From positions 15,748,001 to 15,812,000 of the forward strand of contig NC_073387.1 of NCBI RefSeq assembly GCF_028641065.1: DNA of 64,000 nucleotides, read 5' to 3'. Each line of letters begins with the position of its first letter. The stretch's first letter is position 1. The notes below the pieces were generated by a model that did no database searches, was not told the DNA's origin, and was given only the letters and a program-made list of their open reading frames with translations. The position numbers were made by a program, and so were the translations under genes. This DNA comes from Leucoraja erinacea. Taxonomy: Eukaryota. Shown piece after piece: positions 62,501 to 64,000 of this stretch.

Positions 62501-64000
62501 TGTCAACAGCAATGGGAAATGAGAGAATCTATTGGTTTGTAATGATGATTATATGTCAATCTTCTTGCATCCGTAGTGATCTGATTTAGTTTGGTTTTGA
62601 GATACAGCATGGAAACAGGCCCTTCAACCCTCCGTCCACGCCGACCACTGATCACCCGTTCACGCTAGTTCTGTTATCTCACTTTCCCGTCCACTCCCTA
62701 CACACTCCAGACAAATTATGGAGGTCAAGTAACCTGCAACCCCGCTCATTCGTACGATGTGGTAGGAAATCAGAGCACCTGAAGGAAATCCACGTGGCCA
62801 CAGGGAGCGTGCTATCTCCACCCAGAGAGCACCCGAGGTCAGGATTGAACCCTATATTTTGTCCCTTCATGTTCAATTCAGTGTCAAGTTTCTGAGGTAA
62901 AGAGAAAAGCTGAGTGCTAACCAGCCTGGGCAAAGGCAAGTATCATTAATGCTATTCACAACTGAACTTAGAATTGTTTCTTGTAACACATGTTCAAGCA
63001 AATGACTGCGTGATGTTTGAAATGTCTATGATAATGGCACAAACAGAATCGCTTGTTTTGTAATAAAGGGAACGATCATTATTCTTGCCTGTTCATGCTG
63101 TAGCTGGTCCGATAGTTCAAACCTATATTCAATTGCATCAGATCATGGTGGAGGTTGGACTGAGGAGGTCACAAATGAGCTGCATATGATAATCAAGCTA
63201 TTACAATTTTACAAAGGATGTCCAATATTAAGAGCAATCTTCTCCTGAGTTCTCAATTTCACTCAAGGTAGAACCTTCAGCAAACATTTTCACAATTATA
63301 AGTTTTTCCCTATGTCATTTGGTGTTCTCCAAGCCTAACGTCACAGAGTTGCACCAAGATCTTCACAGCCTGGAGATACAGACATGAGAGATACATTGTG
63401 TACCAGGCATACACTGGTCCTATCCCCGAACTCTATCCCCATTACATTGACGACTGCATCGGTGCTAGAAAATATATCCACAATATTCAAGCACAATTCA
63501 TACACAGAATTGTTGGATGGCAGGTCACTGACTCTAGGGGATAGATTTATTTGACATAAAATGCATCAAGATTTAACGGGAGAGAATTGGAATATGAGAT
63601 TGTTTTGAATGATGGAACAGGCTCAAAGTGACAAATAATGCTCCCCCATTCTCTTTTGCATGTTTCAATAGGTTTGGGGATGATTTGATGTTTTCTTTGT
63701 TCTTCACACTTCTGAAGTTTATTTACACATTGTGAAATTTAGTTGAGATAAACAACAGGAAGTGAAACAGCACAGAGCTCAGAATAGACAAATCATTGTG
63801 GTTAAATTGCAAGACCGCTCTTCATGCAGCTTTGAACATTTCTCTGAATTTCAAGCCTCACATTTTTAATATTCAAAAATAAACTTTATTTCAGAATAAA
63901 ACATATATACGAAACTAGTCTGAAGGGTCCCAACTCGAAACTCTCCTTGTTCTCCAGGAGTGCTGCCTGACACACTGAGTTACTCCAGTATTTCATGTCT

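Overview
Repeat-rich vertebrate genomic DNA. The CR1, Rex1, Penelope and SINE repertoire resembles a cartilaginous fish, probably a skate or ray (inference). The window holds one host gene, on the minus strand, which I assembled by reading splice sites. It is a type I Ig-superfamily receptor with a leader exon (32540-32636), eight Ig exons forming two tandem V*-C2-V-C2 cassettes (31839 down to 16433), a transmembrane exon (6173-6280) and at least one cytoplasmic exon with a YGN motif (5290-5382). All ten introns between these eleven exons are phase 1 with GT-AG ends. The first domain of each cassette lacks the canonical Ig cysteines, and the last carries a CD4/LAG-3-type WxC motif. A structurally complete but internally deleted DIRS retrotransposon (1178-4750) interrupts the 3' end of the gene. 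Upstream, the 5' flank is repeated about five times. It is interleaved with a duplicated copy of an intronic block, a young Ty3/Gypsy element with one nonsense codon (36005-40997), and a ~10 kb nest of L1-like and I-group LINEs. No rRNA, tRNA or CRISPR features were seen.
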